Of a stretch of 64,000 nucleotides of DNA, positions 63,183-64,000 are shown piece by piece. The position numbers were made by a program, and so were the translations under genes. Source of the stretch: Carcharhinus longimanus (Eukaryota); assembly GCA_030264375.1 (NCBI GenBank), contig JASCQW010000081.1, positions 93,040,923-93,104,922 on the forward strand. The letters run 5' to 3'. The notes under the pieces were generated by a model. The model was not told where the DNA came from. It did not search any database and saw nothing but the letters and a program-made list of their open reading frames with translations. The number at the start of each line of letters is the position of its first letter. Positions within the stretch are counted from its first letter, which is position 1.

Positions 63183-64000
63183 CGGCTGGTTTCTGGGCGA
63201 GAGTCGGCTTGAACAGCAGTTTGGTTACTCGCCACATGCTTCCAAGCCCCCTAATCAGCTGATGATATTTACGTTCCTGTCCTCGTTCTGTCTCTGGTCA
63301 TGACTGACTTCGAGGATGTTAATAGCACAGTATCTGGCAATGCTTTTGCCATTCACTGCAATGGGTGAAATTTAGGTATTCTCCCTTCTAGCAGCAGCTA
63401 GTTGACTCACAATTATTCTGCGCAAATGTTGCTTGCCAATTGTCAGCCGAGGTCTGGTAATAAGGAAAACTTGAATTTCAATTGATGGTCTTCAAAATGC
63501 TGATAATCGCTGATAATTCCAGAGGTTTAGCGCAGCGCATAACGAGTCTCACATTAAACAATGCCGGACCTATCATTATTGGGAATGGATGAGCAGTATC
63601 GTGTAACAATTGCAAACAATTTAATCAAACGTTTTTTAACTTGAAAGGATGGCGCAAACATACACAATAGCTGCAGGTATCATTGTACAAAGAAAGTGAA
63701 ATAGAGTTTGAATACATGCCCGATTATTCAGGTATCCGGTATATGCAGACATTTGCGTTCAAGCTTTTTTTAAAATATATACTGCAGTTGATGTGTGGAG
63801 AACGTAATGAGAAACAAACATTTCCAGTTGATAGAAAACTATTTATTTTCTGGTCCTCATTGCACTTTGTTGGATAACAAAAGAATAATCGTGTACGTTA
63901 TTCATCTACATTCATGAAATTAAGCTGTTGCGGGCGAATCAGAGCTTAACGTCAATCCGAAGGTGCGGGTAGCTGCTTCTAAGAAAACCCCATAGGCTAT

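Larger units (their letters stand above)
1..64000 (-). repeat. Diverged tandem array (macrosatellite) of ~1.5-1.7 kb monomers, ~28-30 units, interrupted by TEs
   Basis: The same motif order recurs throughout: atgttacctgatc / tcagatttcaaatg / gatgggaag..gggaattaatg / ttcattcatga / ggaatttgctattggag / cttgccacttgtcagcccaa / cattgaataatgcaaaatc / gaacagatggac. Uninterrupted spacings of the gttacctg anchor are 101-1678, 5023-6644, 24571-26088, 54807-56483 and 56483-57952. Confidence 0.95.

Noticed and set aside
982-63877. ORFs in the six-frame track as host genes
   Set aside because: All are short. The recognisable ones are broken LINE or ERV pieces, and the rest do not keep frame between monomers.

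Overview
Eukaryotic, non-genic window, most likely from a cartilaginous fish (shark). The evidence is its repeat repertoire: HE1/V-SINEs, a SacSINE1/Deu-type SINE, CR1 and Rex1 LINEs, and Penelope-type ends. No intact protein-coding gene is visible; the ORF track is TE debris or noise. Almost the whole window is one old, highly diverged head-to-tail array of roughly 28-30 monomers of about 1.5-1.7 kb. Each monomer is the 3' ~0.9 kb of a CR1/L2-group LINE (minus strand) plus ~0.7 kb of non-LINE sequence. On the minus strand the non-LINE part carries a branch point/polypyrimidine/AG - 27 nt - GTAAC micro-exon signature (22 copies found, 13 with AG and GT intact). About 64 nt upstream of that acceptor lies an ~85-nt segment whose consensus has C/D'/C'/D box order. 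The array shows higher-order duplications and, in hand-counted samples, no CpG depletion. It has been invaded by a class I ERV (two internal fragments plus three LTR copies), several CR1s, Rex1 fragments, SINEs and Penelope-like foldbacks with hammerhead cores. There are six N gaps. Repeat boundaries were placed by eye and are approximate, and family names come from recall, not database searches.
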